In this document: positions 30,051 to 41,400 of the stretch, piece by piece
How positions within the stretch are numbered: position 1 is the stretch's first letter
Layout of the letters: each line of letters starts with the position of its first letter
Assembly (NCBI GenBank): GCA_963805855.1
Contig: CAWDVW010000006.1
Span: 192,001 to 256,000, forward strand
Source: Candidatus Dadabacteria bacterium
GTDB lineage: Bacteria; Desulfobacterota_D; UBA1144; Nemesobacterales; CSP1-2
DNA length: 64,000 nt
Direction: 5' to 3'
Position numbers and translations under genes: made by a program
Notes under the pieces: generated by a model
Seen by the model: the letters and a program-made list of their open reading frames with translations, nothing else
Database searches by the model: none
What the model was told of the DNA's origin: nothing

Positions 30051-30420
30051 AATCTCCTCCCCCTATACCTATAGGGGGAGGACTAAGGTGGGGGTGGATT
30101 CCCTTTAGCTTACAGCGGTACTATTCATTCAATGTAGGTAGGAGATTGCTTTGGTATCCTCGCGATGACAGGCAATCCCACGACCCGTCGTTAATAGGGA
30201 ATTGATATTCTTTATCTGTGGATCCCCGACAACTATCCTCGGGGATGACAACCCTAGCTGGATCCCCGACAAGGTCTGTCCCCGCATGTTGCTGAAAGGG
30301 GTAGGCCGGGATGAAGTCTTGCTTCCATTCCGTCTTTGCGAGGAGTTTTATCCCGAAGCAATCTCATTCTTTTTCTGTTTAAAGTTGCTTTGGCCCTTCG
30401 ACCTTTCGTCATTGCTCAAC
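30051..30420. repeat. Composite palindromic repeat mosaic (families B and A)
   Basis: Family B palindrome CTCCCCCTATACCTATAGGGGGAG at 30051-30094; inverted A-like unit 30141-30172; family A unit CCGTCTTTGCGAGGAGTTTTATCCCGAAGCAATCTCAT at 30330-30367. Confidence 0.8.
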
Positions 30421-30598
30421 GCTCGGGACTCCTTGCGATTGGTCGAAGAGACTGTTTCTTTGTGTGCTGATACCATGCAGGTTGCTGCGGGATTCGTCAT
30501 TGACATAGGATTTTAAAGGCATGAGATCTGAGTCTATTACGAAGTAAGTATTCGGATATTTGATTGATAGATATGCCTTCCGGGAGCTTGATTAAGTT

Positions 30599-32296
30599 CT
30601 ATGATGTCCTACGCAAAGACTGGTAAAGGGCTTCGTCTCTTCCGTAGACATCATGGCGAAATTGGATATCCCCCTGATCGTCAACCCAAGCTGTAAAGTA
30701 TACAAGGTATACAGGTACTGGGTCGGGCAGGATTATTGATTGCGATTTTCCCTTTCTTATCTGCGATTCAATCCTTTCCTTTGTCCAGCCAGCCTCTGCT
30801 GATAATACGTATTCTGCTAATCCAATTGGATTTTCAACACGTATGCATCCGTGGCTGAAATCCCTCCTTTGTTTTTTGAATAGATTTTTTTGGGATGTGT
30901 CGTGGAGGTAGACGTTATATTCATTCGGAAGCATAAACTTAATACGTCCAAGAGGATTAGACGGACCGGGATTCTGACGAAACCTATATTTGAGGTTGTT
31001 ATTATTCACCTGAGACCAGTCGATTGTGGTGGGATCGATTTCGGTTGAACCGTCCGTCCAACCTTGAAGAACCCTTATATTTCGTTTGGAGAGGTATTCT
31101 TCATCTGCATGAATTTTGGGCAAAGTTTCTTCCAATGCAATGCTTCTTGGTATATTCCAATAGGGATTAAGAATTATATAGGTCATATTTGCACTAAATA
31201 GTGGAGTATTCCAGTAGGGTTTCCCGACCACAACGGGCATGGTTAATACGGTCTTCCCGTTTTGGATGACATCTAAATGGAAGCTTGGGATATTTACCTG
31301 TATATACCGAGGACCGATATTTTGCGGCAACCAGCGGTAGCGTTCCATATTTATTTTTATCTGCTCAATTCTTTTTTCGACCGGGACGTTTAACTCAGTT
31401 AAGGTGCTTGGCCCGACAATTCCATCTTCTGTCAATCCGTGTCGGCGCTGAAATTTTCGAACAGCGCTTACGACTTTTTCATCATAAATGTCACCGCTAT
31501 CAGTCGATTCCGGGTTTAGATCTCCAGTTATCATGAGTCTCTCGCGGAGAAGTTTTATTCTTCCGCCCCTTTGACCCTTCTCAATCTTTGGTCCGGAGGG
31601 TATGAGGGGCCAACCACCGTTTGCTTGAATTATCTTATATTCTATTAGGGCTGTACGTAGTCTTATATAGAACGGGTTCTCGTAGTTCGAGATTACGTTT
31701 AGAAATTGATTCGAACCCAAACCAAGGTCCATTATCTTCCCGAAGTCTACATTGCTATGATTTTTTAACCATGTTAGATCGACACCCTGGGGCTCTATAC
31801 GACCATTTATCAGATGCGATACATAAAGTATGAATGCGTCTGTTAGCAGCAAATCGAACTGTGCTAACGTATGAGGATCTAAAGAGTCCTTACCTTTTTG
31901 AATTTCATTCAAATAAATGTTAATGTCCCTCAGGTGATAATCGCTTGGCTGTAAACCCTCATTTTCAGCTTCTTTTATAATCTTTATAAACGTATTTGCC
32001 TGAGGCAATACTTTACCGTTATTAGTCCAAACAGGTTGAAAATTCTGTAGCTCATAGAATTTGGGGACCTGATTTGAGAGCTGCATACTATTTTCACCAA
32101 GCATTATGATGATTGGACCCTTTGAGTTTAGAATCTGATTCTTGAGGTCATTGCTCACAGGGTCTACCGAAACACCGTTATTTTGATCCGATGTCACGTC
32201 CCCTAAGTCTTGCTTTTTTGCTACGCAACTGACTAGAATTATTAATAAACTAAGGAAAAAAAGCCTAAGGATTCTATATCTATTTATCAATCTCAT
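30599..32296 (-). CDS. L,D-transpeptidase (YcbB/LdtD-like) lipoprotein with peptidoglycan-binding domain
   Basis: Lipobox LVSC; FQRRHGL.EDGIVGP.T; VVVGK...TP; NPLG.IKF; VYLHDT...FSHGCIRV. Confidence 0.92.
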   Translation of the reverse strand: MRLINRYRILRLFFLSLLIILVSCVAKKQDLGDVTSDQNNGVSVDPVSNDLKNQILNSKGPIIIMLGENSMQLSNQVPKFYELQNFQPVWTNNGKVLPQANTFIKIIKEAENEGLQPSDYHLRDINIYLNEIQKGKDSLDPHTLAQFDLLLTDAFILYVSHLINGRIEPQGVDLTWLKNHSNVDFGKIMDLGLGSNQFLNVISNYENPFYIRLRTALIEYKIIQANGGWPLIPSGPKIEKGQRGGRIKLLRERLMITGDLNPESTDSGDIYDEKVVSAVRKFQRRHGLTEDGIVGPSTLTELNVPVEKRIEQIKINMERYRWLPQNIGPRYIQVNIPSFHLDVIQNGKTVLTMPVVVGKPYWNTPLFSANMTYIILNPYWNIPRSIALEETLPKIHADEEYLSKRNIRVLQGWTDGSTEIDPTTIDWSQVNNNNLKYRFRQNPGPSNPLGRIKFMLPNEYNVYLHDTSQKNLFKKQRRDFSHGCIRVENPIGLAEYVLSAEAGWTKERIESQIRKGKSQSIILPDPVPVYLVYFTAWVDDQGDIQFRHDVYGRDEALYQSLRRTS

Positions 32297-32655
32297 ATTC
32301 TATTGGAAAATTGTTTTTTGTCCCTTTTAAATTAGGTTCGATTATAGCAGGCTAATAAGTCTTAATCAATATTTAAAATCCATTTTTTCTTAGAAATTGA
32401 TTTATACCGAGATTTGTAATATTATGAATTTGCATAAACGTGTGCTGCTAGTAAGTAGTGCGAACTGGTCTAATTTAGTCAAATTTAACATTATCGTAGC
32501 AAATTAGAGAAATATATAATATTATATTATACATTATTGACTTTCTAATTTATTTAATATATTAGAATAGTTAGTTATTTTTAGGTAAACTATAGATTTT
32601 ATCTTCACTCGTTGTAATATATTTGCATTTAAATACACTAAAGGAGGGAGGTATA

Positions 32656-32853
32656 ATGTCGATGTTTAAAAAACTTTTGTTAATTTTGTGTTTTGGTGTC
32701 ACATCTTTTGTCGTTTACGGCTGTACTCAGCCACAGCCGGCGGGGGAAGAAGAAGCTGTTGTTGAGGAAGAGGTGGTTGAGGAAACTCCGGCTCCAACCG
32801 AAGCGCCTACGGCTGCACCTATGGATGACACAGGTGAAAGCGGAACAAATTAA
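32656..32853 (+). CDS. Small acidic, Pro/Ala-rich lipoprotein
   Basis: GGAGG RBS, ATG 32656, signal peptide ending VYGC, low-complexity EEEVVEETPAPTEAPT. Confidence 0.7.
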   Translation: MSMFKKLLLILCFGVTSFVVYGCTQPQPAGEEEAVVEEEVVEETPAPTEAPTAAPMDDTGESGTN

Positions 32854-33026
32854 TCTTATACCGTTTCCGCTTTAGACCTTAGAATGTGTTTCTGGTAGGC
32901 TAGGGCAGATTGATTCTTTAATTAGATATGCCTTAGCCAATGTTGTTTTGAATTGATCTGCCCAAGATTAGAAGGACAGGGGCATTTCAATTCTAATTTA
33001 AATAGATTATAAGCTACATCTTCTAG

Positions 33027-33052
33027 AAGGGCGGGTTGATTATCCGCCCTTT
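33027..33052 (+). terminator. Intrinsic terminator-like hairpin
   Basis: AAGGGCGG(G)...TCCGCCCTT followed by a pyrimidine-rich tract. Confidence 0.55.
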
Positions 33053-33118
33053 CATCTTCCTTTTATTCCTTGACACAATTTGTTGTAAAATACATACTTT
33101 CCATTGGAGGCAAGTATT

Positions 33119-33412
33119 ATGAAAGGAAACAGTGATCCGTTACGCCTGAGTGCTGTCAAGGACGACATATCAAATCTAAGAGCCGATATGAATGGGCTTT
33201 TCCAGAAACTAATAAATACCGGAAAAAGTGAAACCGAAGCCGCTAAAGATAAGGTTATCGAAGAGTTACGTGATGCGTTAAAGGTCGCGAGCAAGAGCGG
33301 GAAAGAAACGATTGAATCACTGGAGAGTAAGGTTCAGGAGAGGCCCTTTACCAGTCTATTATTGTCATTCTTTATAGGATTCTTCTTCGGAGTTTTTTCC
33401 AGTAGAAAGTAG
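33119..33412 (+). CDS. DUF883/ElaB/YqjD-like tail-anchored membrane protein
   Basis: Helical body then 'ERPFTSLLLSFFIGFFFG' C-terminal TM anchor; GGAGG RBS; TTGACA-17-CATACT at 33070-33098. Confidence 0.75.
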   Translation: MKGNSDPLRLSAVKDDISNLRADMNGLFQKLINTGKSETEAAKDKVIEELRDALKVASKSGKETIESLESKVQERPFTSLLLSFFIGFFFGVFSSRK

Positions 33413-33500
33413 GGATCCCGTTTTCTATTTATATTCCCAATATTCCTAAGAACCGTATAATCATTTCATAATATTGAGTTGAGCGAGTTAAGTTATAACT

Positions 33501-33833
33501 CTACCCGTGAGGGTAGGGCAGGCCTGATTTTTTCCGATGCTGTTGCATTTGTTTTTTTTGATGAGTTTTCAGGCAAAGGTCGGAGAGTGGTTTTGCACTA
33601 CAGACCAGGATGAAACGGGATTTCATATCCTCAGGATAGTATCTTATCGCATCAGATTGATCTACCTTACCCTTAAAAAGCTTACATGCACAGGTAAGAC
33701 AGAATCCCTGAAGGCACATAGAAGGTAAGTCATACCCAGCTTTATATGCAGCATCCAGAATATATTCATCTTTCCCCACTTCAAGTCTGACTATCCCTTC
33801 GGGGGTATGAAGTTTAACAAGGTAGGTTTTCAC
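33501..33833 (-). CDS. Plant-type [2Fe-2S] ferredoxin
   Basis: ILDAA..AG..LPSMCLQGFCLTC...G.VDQS....FILVCSAKP.SD. Confidence 0.9.
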   Translation of the reverse strand: MKTYLVKLHTPEGIVRLEVGKDEYILDAAYKAGYDLPSMCLQGFCLTCACKLFKGKVDQSDAIRYYPEDMKSRFILVCSAKPLSDLCLKTHQKKQMQQHRKKSGLPYPHG

Positions 33834-33851
33834 CTACCTTGGCCTCCATTT

Positions 33852-34082
33852 TTAGGGATTATAGAATGACCGGTTTTTGCTGTAGGGTGCTTCTCCAGGA
33901 TCTCCACGTCGGAAGTGCCCAGATGGTCTAACAACTCCATCTCTTTCCATGCTGAGTAATTCGATGAACCATGCTTCATGCTCAATCTCCTCCTGGAGTA
34001 TTCTGGAAGCCATGTCACATGTACGCGGGTCTTTCCCAAAAGTTAAATCACATGCCTCGCTCCAGGTTCTGATTGCTGTCAT
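33852..34082 (-). pseudogene. C-terminal fragment of a DPS-like (DpsL) ferritin-family protein
   Basis: [32 protein letters not shown]...PSGHF matches the C-terminal half of DPS-like proteins; N-terminal half absent. Confidence 0.7.
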
Positions 34083-34205
34083 ATGTTAAAATCAACTCTG
34101 AGGAAATCCATAAAATGTAAAACTCAGGGCAAAAGTTCTTGTGGATATGTTAGCTTTTGAGTATATTTACAGCCCAAAACCGTCAAATTTATAGATCTTT
34201 GGAGG

Positions 34206-35780
34206 TTGTCGATCGACGTGGACTCTCTTTTAAATGGAAGTCTAACAGTAATTACCTTTTTCCCTGTTTTTGGAAGCCTAGTAGTTGTTTTTTTGTCTCT
34301 ACTTTTCAAAAAGTCTGAAGAGCCGATGAAAATCGGAGCTCTTGTGATAGCCCTCATTGAATTTATTATTTCGTTACCGCTTTTTATAAACTTTAAAATC
34401 GGTTTCTCGGGCTTTCAGTTCGAAGTCAAAGCCGAGTGGATAAAAACGCTAGGGATAACCTATCACTTAGGTGTCGATGGAATTAGCCTATTTCTAGTGC
34501 TTCTCACAACATTTCTCATCCCCATTACCATTCTTAGCTCCTGGAATGCAATTAAAAGAGGGATGAGGGAGTTTTTAGTGCTGATTTTTATGATCGAGAC
34601 CGCGCTCATTGGAACCTTTATAGCACTTGATATGATTCTTTTCTTTATTTTCTGGGAGGCGGTTTTAATACCTATGTATTTTATAATTGGGATATGGGGA
34701 GCAGAGCGCAGAATATATGCGGCCATAAAATTCTTTATATATACCGCGTTTGGTAGTGCTTTGATGCTTATTGCCATATTCTATCTATATTCTCTACACC
34801 TTGATCAATTCGGAACAGCTTCTATGGATTTAATTGACTTTTATAGAATAAACATTCCATATTCTGGAGTATTAAGTCCTCAAGGCTTAGCTTTTCTCGC
34901 TTTTCTTCTGGCGTTTGCGATCAAGATTCCGATGTTTCCGTTCCATACTTGGCTTCCCGATGCACACGTCGAAGCCCCTACGGCTGGAAGCGTCATCCTT
35001 GCAGCTATTCTTCTTAAAATGGGAGCATATGGTTTCTTGCGATTTTTACTTCCGATTTTTCCGGAGGCGACCATCGACTTTCTTCCTTTCATTTTAATAG
35101 TCGCGATAATTGGGATTATCTACGGTGCGATGGTTGCGTTTGCGCAAGAAGATCTCAAGAAGCTAGTTGCATATTCAAGCATAAGTCATTTAGGACTTGT
35201 CGTTCTTGGGATTTTTGTTCTTAATATTCAGGGAATAGAGGGTGGGATATATCTAATGGTAAGCCATGGACTTTCCACCGGTGCGCTCTTCCTTATTGTT
35301 GGAATGGTCTATGAAAGGAGACATACGAAGCTAATTAAGGAATTTGGTGGAATTTCAAAGGTGATGCCGCTGCTTGCCGCCTTTTTCATGGTTTCAATGC
35401 TAGCATCTATCGGACTGCCGTCTCTCAATGGCTTCATAGGGGAATTTCTTGTGCTTCTCGGTGCGTTCAGAATGAATTACGTATATTCCGTCCTTGGTGC
35501 TACTGGTATAGTTCTTGGCGCCATTTACATGCTTTGGGCTTATCAGCGGGTCATGTTTGGACAACTCGATAAGGCGGAGAACAAGGTGCTGGTTGATATT
35601 AATCTCAGGGAAATTATGGTTCTGCTCCCGCTTGCAATAATGATGTTTGTGATGGGACTATATCCTAAGCCATTTCTTTCGAGAATGGAGCCTTCGGTGA
35701 GGCACCTGCTTACCTCGAAGTTTGATCATACGTCATCTATTACTGAAGTGATTCAGCCCGAAAGTGTTGTGAAGGAATAG
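34206..35780 (+). CDS. nuoM: NADH-quinone oxidoreductase subunit M (antiporter-like), stand-alone
   Basis: GVDGISL, FFIFWE, AAIKFF.YT, FAIK.P.FPFHTWLPDAHVEAP, LLKMG.YG, AYSSISH, SHG, IGLP.LNGF.GEFL. Confidence 0.9.
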   Translation: MSIDVDSLLNGSLTVITFFPVFGSLVVVFLSLLFKKSEEPMKIGALVIALIEFIISLPLFINFKIGFSGFQFEVKAEWIKTLGITYHLGVDGISLFLVLLTTFLIPITILSSWNAIKRGMREFLVLIFMIETALIGTFIALDMILFFIFWEAVLIPMYFIIGIWGAERRIYAAIKFFIYTAFGSALMLIAIFYLYSLHLDQFGTASMDLIDFYRINIPYSGVLSPQGLAFLAFLLAFAIKIPMFPFHTWLPDAHVEAPTAGSVILAAILLKMGAYGFLRFLLPIFPEATIDFLPFILIVAIIGIIYGAMVAFAQEDLKKLVAYSSISHLGLVVLGIFVLNIQGIEGGIYLMVSHGLSTGALFLIVGMVYERRHTKLIKEFGGISKVMPLLAAFFMVSMLASIGLPSLNGFIGEFLVLLGAFRMNYVYSVLGATGIVLGAIYMLWAYQRVMFGQLDKAENKVLVDINLREIMVLLPLAIMMFVMGLYPKPFLSRMEPSVRHLLTSKFDHTSSITEVIQPESVVKE

Positions 35781-35870
35781 GTTAATTGCGGGGTTAGCAA
35801 ACCTTTCCTAAGCATATTGTTGATAAATTTTAAAGCGATACTCCCGGTTTTCCAACCTCGTATGAATTGT

Positions 35871-36884
35871 CTAGATGTTTGGTTTTACTTTTTCCAATAT
35901 CTCATTAATAACATCTATGGCTTTAATCCCTTCAGCTTCAGCACGGTAATTCAAAACAACACGGTGCTTCAGAACTGCCGGTGCGATAAATTTCACGTCT
36001 TCAGTGGTTGGTGTAAATCTCCCTTCAAGAATCGCTTTAGCCTTACTGCCTAGAATCAAATACTGCGATCCCCTGGGCCCAACGCCCCAGGAAACCCATT
36101 TGCTTACGGTTTCGTTAGTGTTTGAATTATTAGGTCTAGTTGATCTTGCAATGCTCACCGCGTATTCTGCGACATGTTCTGAGACTGGCACCCTATGGAC
36201 TAGCTCTTGATAAGAAATAATTTTATCGGCGTCAAGTATTTTTCTTGGGCTGGGATTATACATCGATGTGGTAGACTTTACGATCTCGATCTCTTCGTCG
36301 TGTGTAGGATAATCGACATCAATTTGAAACATAAACCTATCGAGCTCGGCCTCAGGTAGTGGGTAAGTTCCCTCCTGTTCGATAGGGTTTTGAGTGGCAA
36401 AAATTAGAAATGGCGGATCCAGCCGATATGTTTCTCCCCCAACGGTAACTCTATGCTCCTGCATTGCCTGAAGAAGGGCCGCCTGGGTCTTCGGGGACGC
36501 GCGGTTGATTTCATCGGCAAGTAGAATGTTACAGAAGATTGGTCCCTTAATAAACTTGAAGAACCTCCTGTCAGTTAATACATCCTTCTCCAATACTTCG
36601 GAGCCGGTGATATCCGAAGGCATTAAATCCGGCGTAAATTGAATTCGATTAAATTCTAGGTTTGTGACGCTTGATAAGGTGCTGACAAGTAATGTTTTTG
36701 CAAGACCGGGAACTCCAACGAACAATGAATGCCCCGACGACATAAGTGAGATCAGCAGTAATTCGACCACATTTTTCTGTCCGACAATTACCTTGCCAAT
36801 TTCCTTAACAATCTCATTTTTGATTTCAGCAACTTCTTCAACCCTCTCAGCATCTTCGTTTCTTTGATATTCAATCTGATTCAT
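35871..36884 (-). CDS. MoxR family AAA+ ATPase
   Basis: GVPGLAKT, RIQFTPDLMPSDITG, LADEINRA.PKTQAALL.AMQE, ATQNPIEQEGTYPLPEA.LDRF. Confidence 0.95.
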   Translation of the reverse strand: MNQIEYQRNEDAERVEEVAEIKNEIVKEIGKVIVGQKNVVELLLISLMSSGHSLFVGVPGLAKTLLVSTLSSVTNLEFNRIQFTPDLMPSDITGSEVLEKDVLTDRRFFKFIKGPIFCNILLADEINRASPKTQAALLQAMQEHRVTVGGETYRLDPPFLIFATQNPIEQEGTYPLPEAELDRFMFQIDVDYPTHDEEIEIVKSTTSMYNPSPRKILDADKIISYQELVHRVPVSEHVAEYAVSIARSTRPNNSNTNETVSKWVSWGVGPRGSQYLILGSKAKAILEGRFTPTTEDVKFIAPAVLKHRVVLNYRAEAEGIKAIDVINEILEKVKPNI

Positions 36885-38469
36885 TTCTAGGCTCCTCGTC
36901 TAATAGTATGTTCAGAACCTCCTTTTCCATTTCAACTGATTCCAATCTCCCTTGGTTTTCATACACTGCGATGAGAGCTGTGTGTATTTTGGGATCGAAC
37001 GGGTTTATAGATAATGCTATTTTTAATTCCTCTTCCGCCTTTTCAAAATTCCCCTTCTTAAAGTAAATTCTCCCAAGATTTAAATGTGTGTCGATATAAT
37101 CAGGGTACAATTCTATAATTGGTTTTAATAGTTGTTCTGCATTATCGTATTGGCCTAGATCGGTCTTGACCGAAGTAAGTCGGTTTAGAACTACCGGGGA
37201 GGTCTGGTCAAAATGCCTTGCCTTTTCATACTCATATGCCGCAGCTTTCAACCGCCCTCTTGTCCTGAGCATATCGCCCAACCTTGAATATTCTCTTGCT
37301 TTGATATCGTCGATATCGATCAGGTCTTCACTCCCATCTTGAGAAAGTCTGCTGTCAGTAAACCTCAATTCCTTTACTTCGACGTCAGGGATTCTAACCG
37401 AAAGTTTCTTAGATTTAAGGTACCCTGTCCAAGAATCATAGAAGCTATCGAATTCTTTGTCTGTAACCATTTTTAACGAAAGCTTATAATCATCTGTTTT
37501 TCTTAAGTTATCCAGTAAACTGACTATCGCATTATTCCCCCAAGTGTTCACTAGATATTCAATCATCGATCCCGATTGCGCAAAGGCAAGCTGTGCTTCA
37601 TAGGCAGTGTCAAGCTTACCGAACGAAGGATGCATTTTCTCTATTGAAACCAGTTTATTATCTCTTAGTGCTATAGCCAGAAGCGTTTCATAAAAAGGGG
37701 TTATAACATCGCTAGCCCCTTCCTCCCATCTTTTTTCTTCGAACTTTGCAATACCTTCATGAATCCAAACAGGCGTTCTATTCTGACTCTTGATAAATAC
37801 CAAGTAGTGAGCGTACTCGTGAGCAAGTGTGTCGAACCATGAGAAACCTTTTGGAAGTAACCGCGGTGATAGAATCATGATTCGGTTGAACTTACATATC
37901 CCTACTACACCAGTAGTTTTAATTTCATTTTCGGATAGGGTCGATGCCTCGGTAAAGCTTTTTAAGTCCGGGTATATCTCGACTACTATAGGCGTTTTTG
38001 GGTAGTAATCTATATCCAGGCCCACTTCATAATAAGCCTTCTCAAGCAGAGTTGCAGCGTAACTTATAAGAATTTTATCTTTTGGATGCATGTATCTAAT
38101 GTTGAAGTGTTTTGTGTTAATTTCCTTAAACTTCAGGCCAAACCCTGAGACCTTGAGAAAATAATCTAAAGGGCCAAAGTTTTCTTTGATGGCTTCGTCT
38201 GACATTTCGACCCTTTTTCCATACTCGAGTGCTTCGGCGTAGTTCCCCTTATAGTATTCGACCATAGATTTGAAATAGTAGGCTTGCGTTTTATCGTCAT
38301 CACTCAGCGACTGATCTAAAACCCTATCAGCGAAATCCGAGGCCATCGAAATCTGCCACGCCTTTAGATAATCATCGCCTTTTTTAATTAACTGCTCTGT
38401 ACCAGATGGGTTGGCGGTAGCATTAAGAATCATAGCGAATATCGGTATTAAGAGATTAAATATCATCAT
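36871..38469 (-). CDS. Exported TPR-repeat zinc metallopeptidase (peptidase MA-like)
   Basis: Signal peptide; HEYAH zinc motif plus P.WIHEG.A third-ligand motif; C-terminal TPRs. Confidence 0.82.
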   Translation of the reverse strand: MMIFNLLIPIFAMILNATANPSGTEQLIKKGDDYLKAWQISMASDFADRVLDQSLSDDDKTQAYYFKSMVEYYKGNYAEALEYGKRVEMSDEAIKENFGPLDYFLKVSGFGLKFKEINTKHFNIRYMHPKDKILISYAATLLEKAYYEVGLDIDYYPKTPIVVEIYPDLKSFTEASTLSENEIKTTGVVGICKFNRIMILSPRLLPKGFSWFDTLAHEYAHYLVFIKSQNRTPVWIHEGIAKFEEKRWEEGASDVITPFYETLLAIALRDNKLVSIEKMHPSFGKLDTAYEAQLAFAQSGSMIEYLVNTWGNNAIVSLLDNLRKTDDYKLSLKMVTDKEFDSFYDSWTGYLKSKKLSVRIPDVEVKELRFTDSRLSQDGSEDLIDIDDIKAREYSRLGDMLRTRGRLKAAAYEYEKARHFDQTSPVVLNRLTSVKTDLGQYDNAEQLLKPIIELYPDYIDTHLNLGRIYFKKGNFEKAEEELKIALSINPFDPKIHTALIAVYENQGRLESVEMEKEVLNILLDEEPRNESD

Positions 38470-41400
38470 TTGATGATCCTCTCATAGTATCTTTTATTGA
38501 GATCGCTGTAACCTTCGGGTGAGCCTTCCTTTGTAGCGTCCAGTATCTTTTCTTTAAAGTACTGTTGGGCATTGGAATCTTGCGGTTTTGGAATTTCAAC
38601 ATTGCTGGTATCGACGCCGAGGGAGCTTCCCTGACTTTGATTTTTCCCTAGTACCAGTGGAACGGATTTCCCTGCTCCGTTAGAACTGAGCATAAAATCC
38701 TTAAGTAAATCTTCAGATTGACTTCGAGCTTTTTTCAATGATTTTATAGCTTCTTCTTGGTTTGATATTGCCCTAGATAGTTCATTTTCTTCGAGATTTT
38801 TCAGTGCGCCGCCCATGAAATCCCTGGCTTCATCTAACGAGTCGCCAATTGCGGGTGGGAGTGAAGGTTCATTTTGAGAATTCCTGAGTTCATTCGCGAA
38901 CCTAGTGGACTCTCCTCGGATTTCATTCTGCCTTTGAGCAAGATATTGGGTATTGGACTCTTTTTTTTCGCTTTTCAATAAATTCTCAAGGTCATTGTGG
39001 ATTTCCTTTGCCAATAATTCTGATTTATACCTTTGTTTAGAAAGATTTTCCATGCCGCCATATCCAAGCTTGCTTAAGTCGCTAATTCCATTTATCCGTT
39101 CCTCTACTTCTTTTGATAGCGTCAGCGCTTCCCTGAATTCAAAGGCTTCAAGCCACTTTGATAGCTCATCGGTTTGATCGAGAATCCTGTCAAATAATTG
39201 ATGGTACTGGAATATTCCATGATCGGGTAAAACGGGTGAAGATTTAGATTTCATTTCCAACAGGTAATTTTCAAGCATCTCAATCTTTTCCCTTTCATTA
39301 TCTACGAAGTCTCTTAGATTTCCATTTGTTGTAGAGTCAAGGAGCGTCTCTTTATGATTCTGAGTTATCAGCTTTAGTGCTTTTTCTTCTTTCTCAATAT
39401 TATTTAGCCTTGATATAAAATCGTTCAATTTCATCATTTCTGTTGAGAGTGATGCAGTTCTGTAAGACTTTAAACCACTCTCGAGAGAAGCGATCATATC
39501 TTGCATGCTGTTTCTAAAGTCTTCTAACAATTCGAGGGCGTCGCCCATTTCGCCATTGAGAGCTTCCTTCAAGATATTGTTAAGCTTTTCGTCTAGATCG
39601 ATAGATGGAAAGGCGTCGTGATTTAAAAATTCCCGTTGTAAATCCCCACTTAACTCGCTCAGGTTTTGAGCTAGGAGCGATATTTGATTTTTTAGGTATT
39701 CGATCTTCTTCTCAATCTCCCTTCTTGTTTTCTCATCATTATTTTGATTAAATTGTTCTAAAAGGGCTTTGAGATTGTCATATTCATCTTCCATTTTCGC
39801 CCCGATATTTAGGGACTGTCTCAATTTCTCTCCCTTCAGCATTGAATCTAAGAAAAGAATGTCGTCCTCAAATTCGTTGATTTCCCTGGTTATTTGATTA
39901 TCCAATCTTGAGAAGTAGTTTGGAGCGAGGGATGAACTCAGTTGGACTCTATCGAAATAAAGATCCTCGATCCTTGTTTTCATATTCGATAATCCTATGA
40001 AATGAGTATAGTCTGATTGCTCGTCATTCTTCATTTTAACGAGTTCATTATCCAAAGAGCTTAGAGCATTTTTAATCTTTGATGTTATTGTCTGTTGGAA
40101 ATTTTGTGTGATCAGCATTTCATCCTTTCCATTCCTTCTAGTTTCTTCTTCGGATGCGGCGTTCTCTAAATTTTTGTTTTTAAATAGCGGGTTGTCTGTA
40201 AACCTTGAATTATCTATTTCATCAGCGAGTATTTCCAGTAGCTGTTCTTGCAACATCTCCGCAATTGACATGGCATCTTCGTGCGTTTTATTGGGATTAC
40301 TTAATGTAACCTTAATTACATTTGATTCACCTGTCTTGGGGCCTGAAACGGTATCATTATCGTACGCCTTGAGTTTTACGTTAATTGTCTCATAGGGCTC
40401 AGCTTCAATTCCCTGTAAATCCCAAAGAAATTCTCCCTCCTTCGATTTTGTTTCAGTTTTGACCTGTTCAATTGTTTTACTCCCAACACCCTTACTGGAT
40501 TCCCATTCCAATATTATTTTGGAAATGCCGAAGTCGTCAGTCGCTCTGTAGGAGATCTCTAGTTGTTCGTTGACGCCCGCTAGGTTTGCTTCGGATTGAG
40601 GGTGATCGATCTTTACTTCGGGATCAAAATCCTCTAAGGACTTAATACGAAAGTCCCTTGATCTGGTACCATTACTTTGATCCTCAATATAATAGGTATC
40701 GTCTGTAACAACAACAAAATTTGCCTTAACATTTTGCTTCTTAGTCTCTATCGCGTGAGGGACACCTTTTTCGAGAATTAACTTTCCCCTATTTACTGGT
40801 TTTAAAGGGGTTGCTTCAAAAGTTACATTTGTTCCCTTGATAGCTTCTATGTTTCCGTCCGTTCGCAACGCCACCTTACTTGGCATGTGTGTGTATGCAG
40901 GATAATCATATGTAATCTTGATATCTGCGAGTTCAAGAAGATGCCTTTTGTCGAAGTAGAACATGTTTCTACTGAATAGAAAGTTTCTGTATTCCGAGGG
41001 AGTAAATAGAATTACGAGTAGGAAAGAGATCAAAACAATTGTGACCGGTTTCCAGTATCTACTAAATTTTTCACCTGCAAATAGGGCACTAAGGTCAGAG
41101 GTCTCCAATCTAAGGACCACTCGATCTATGTGGGCTATTATAAGATCTTTCGAAATACCAGTTGCATTTTCAGTATCTCCCAAACTCAACTTTAGTAAAC
41201 GGGCATTGATAAAGTCTTCTCCAAGTCCAGGGGATAACTTATCTAATTCATCAGATAATGCGGCAATTTTATGTTTTGTTAAAAGGACAGACAAAAACAA
41301 CTTATAAAAACATATTGTAATTGCTATAATGGTGAGGATTTTTGTCAAAGAGAGAAAAATGTGATTTAAAGAAATAAAAGATAAGACTGAGGATAATGAG

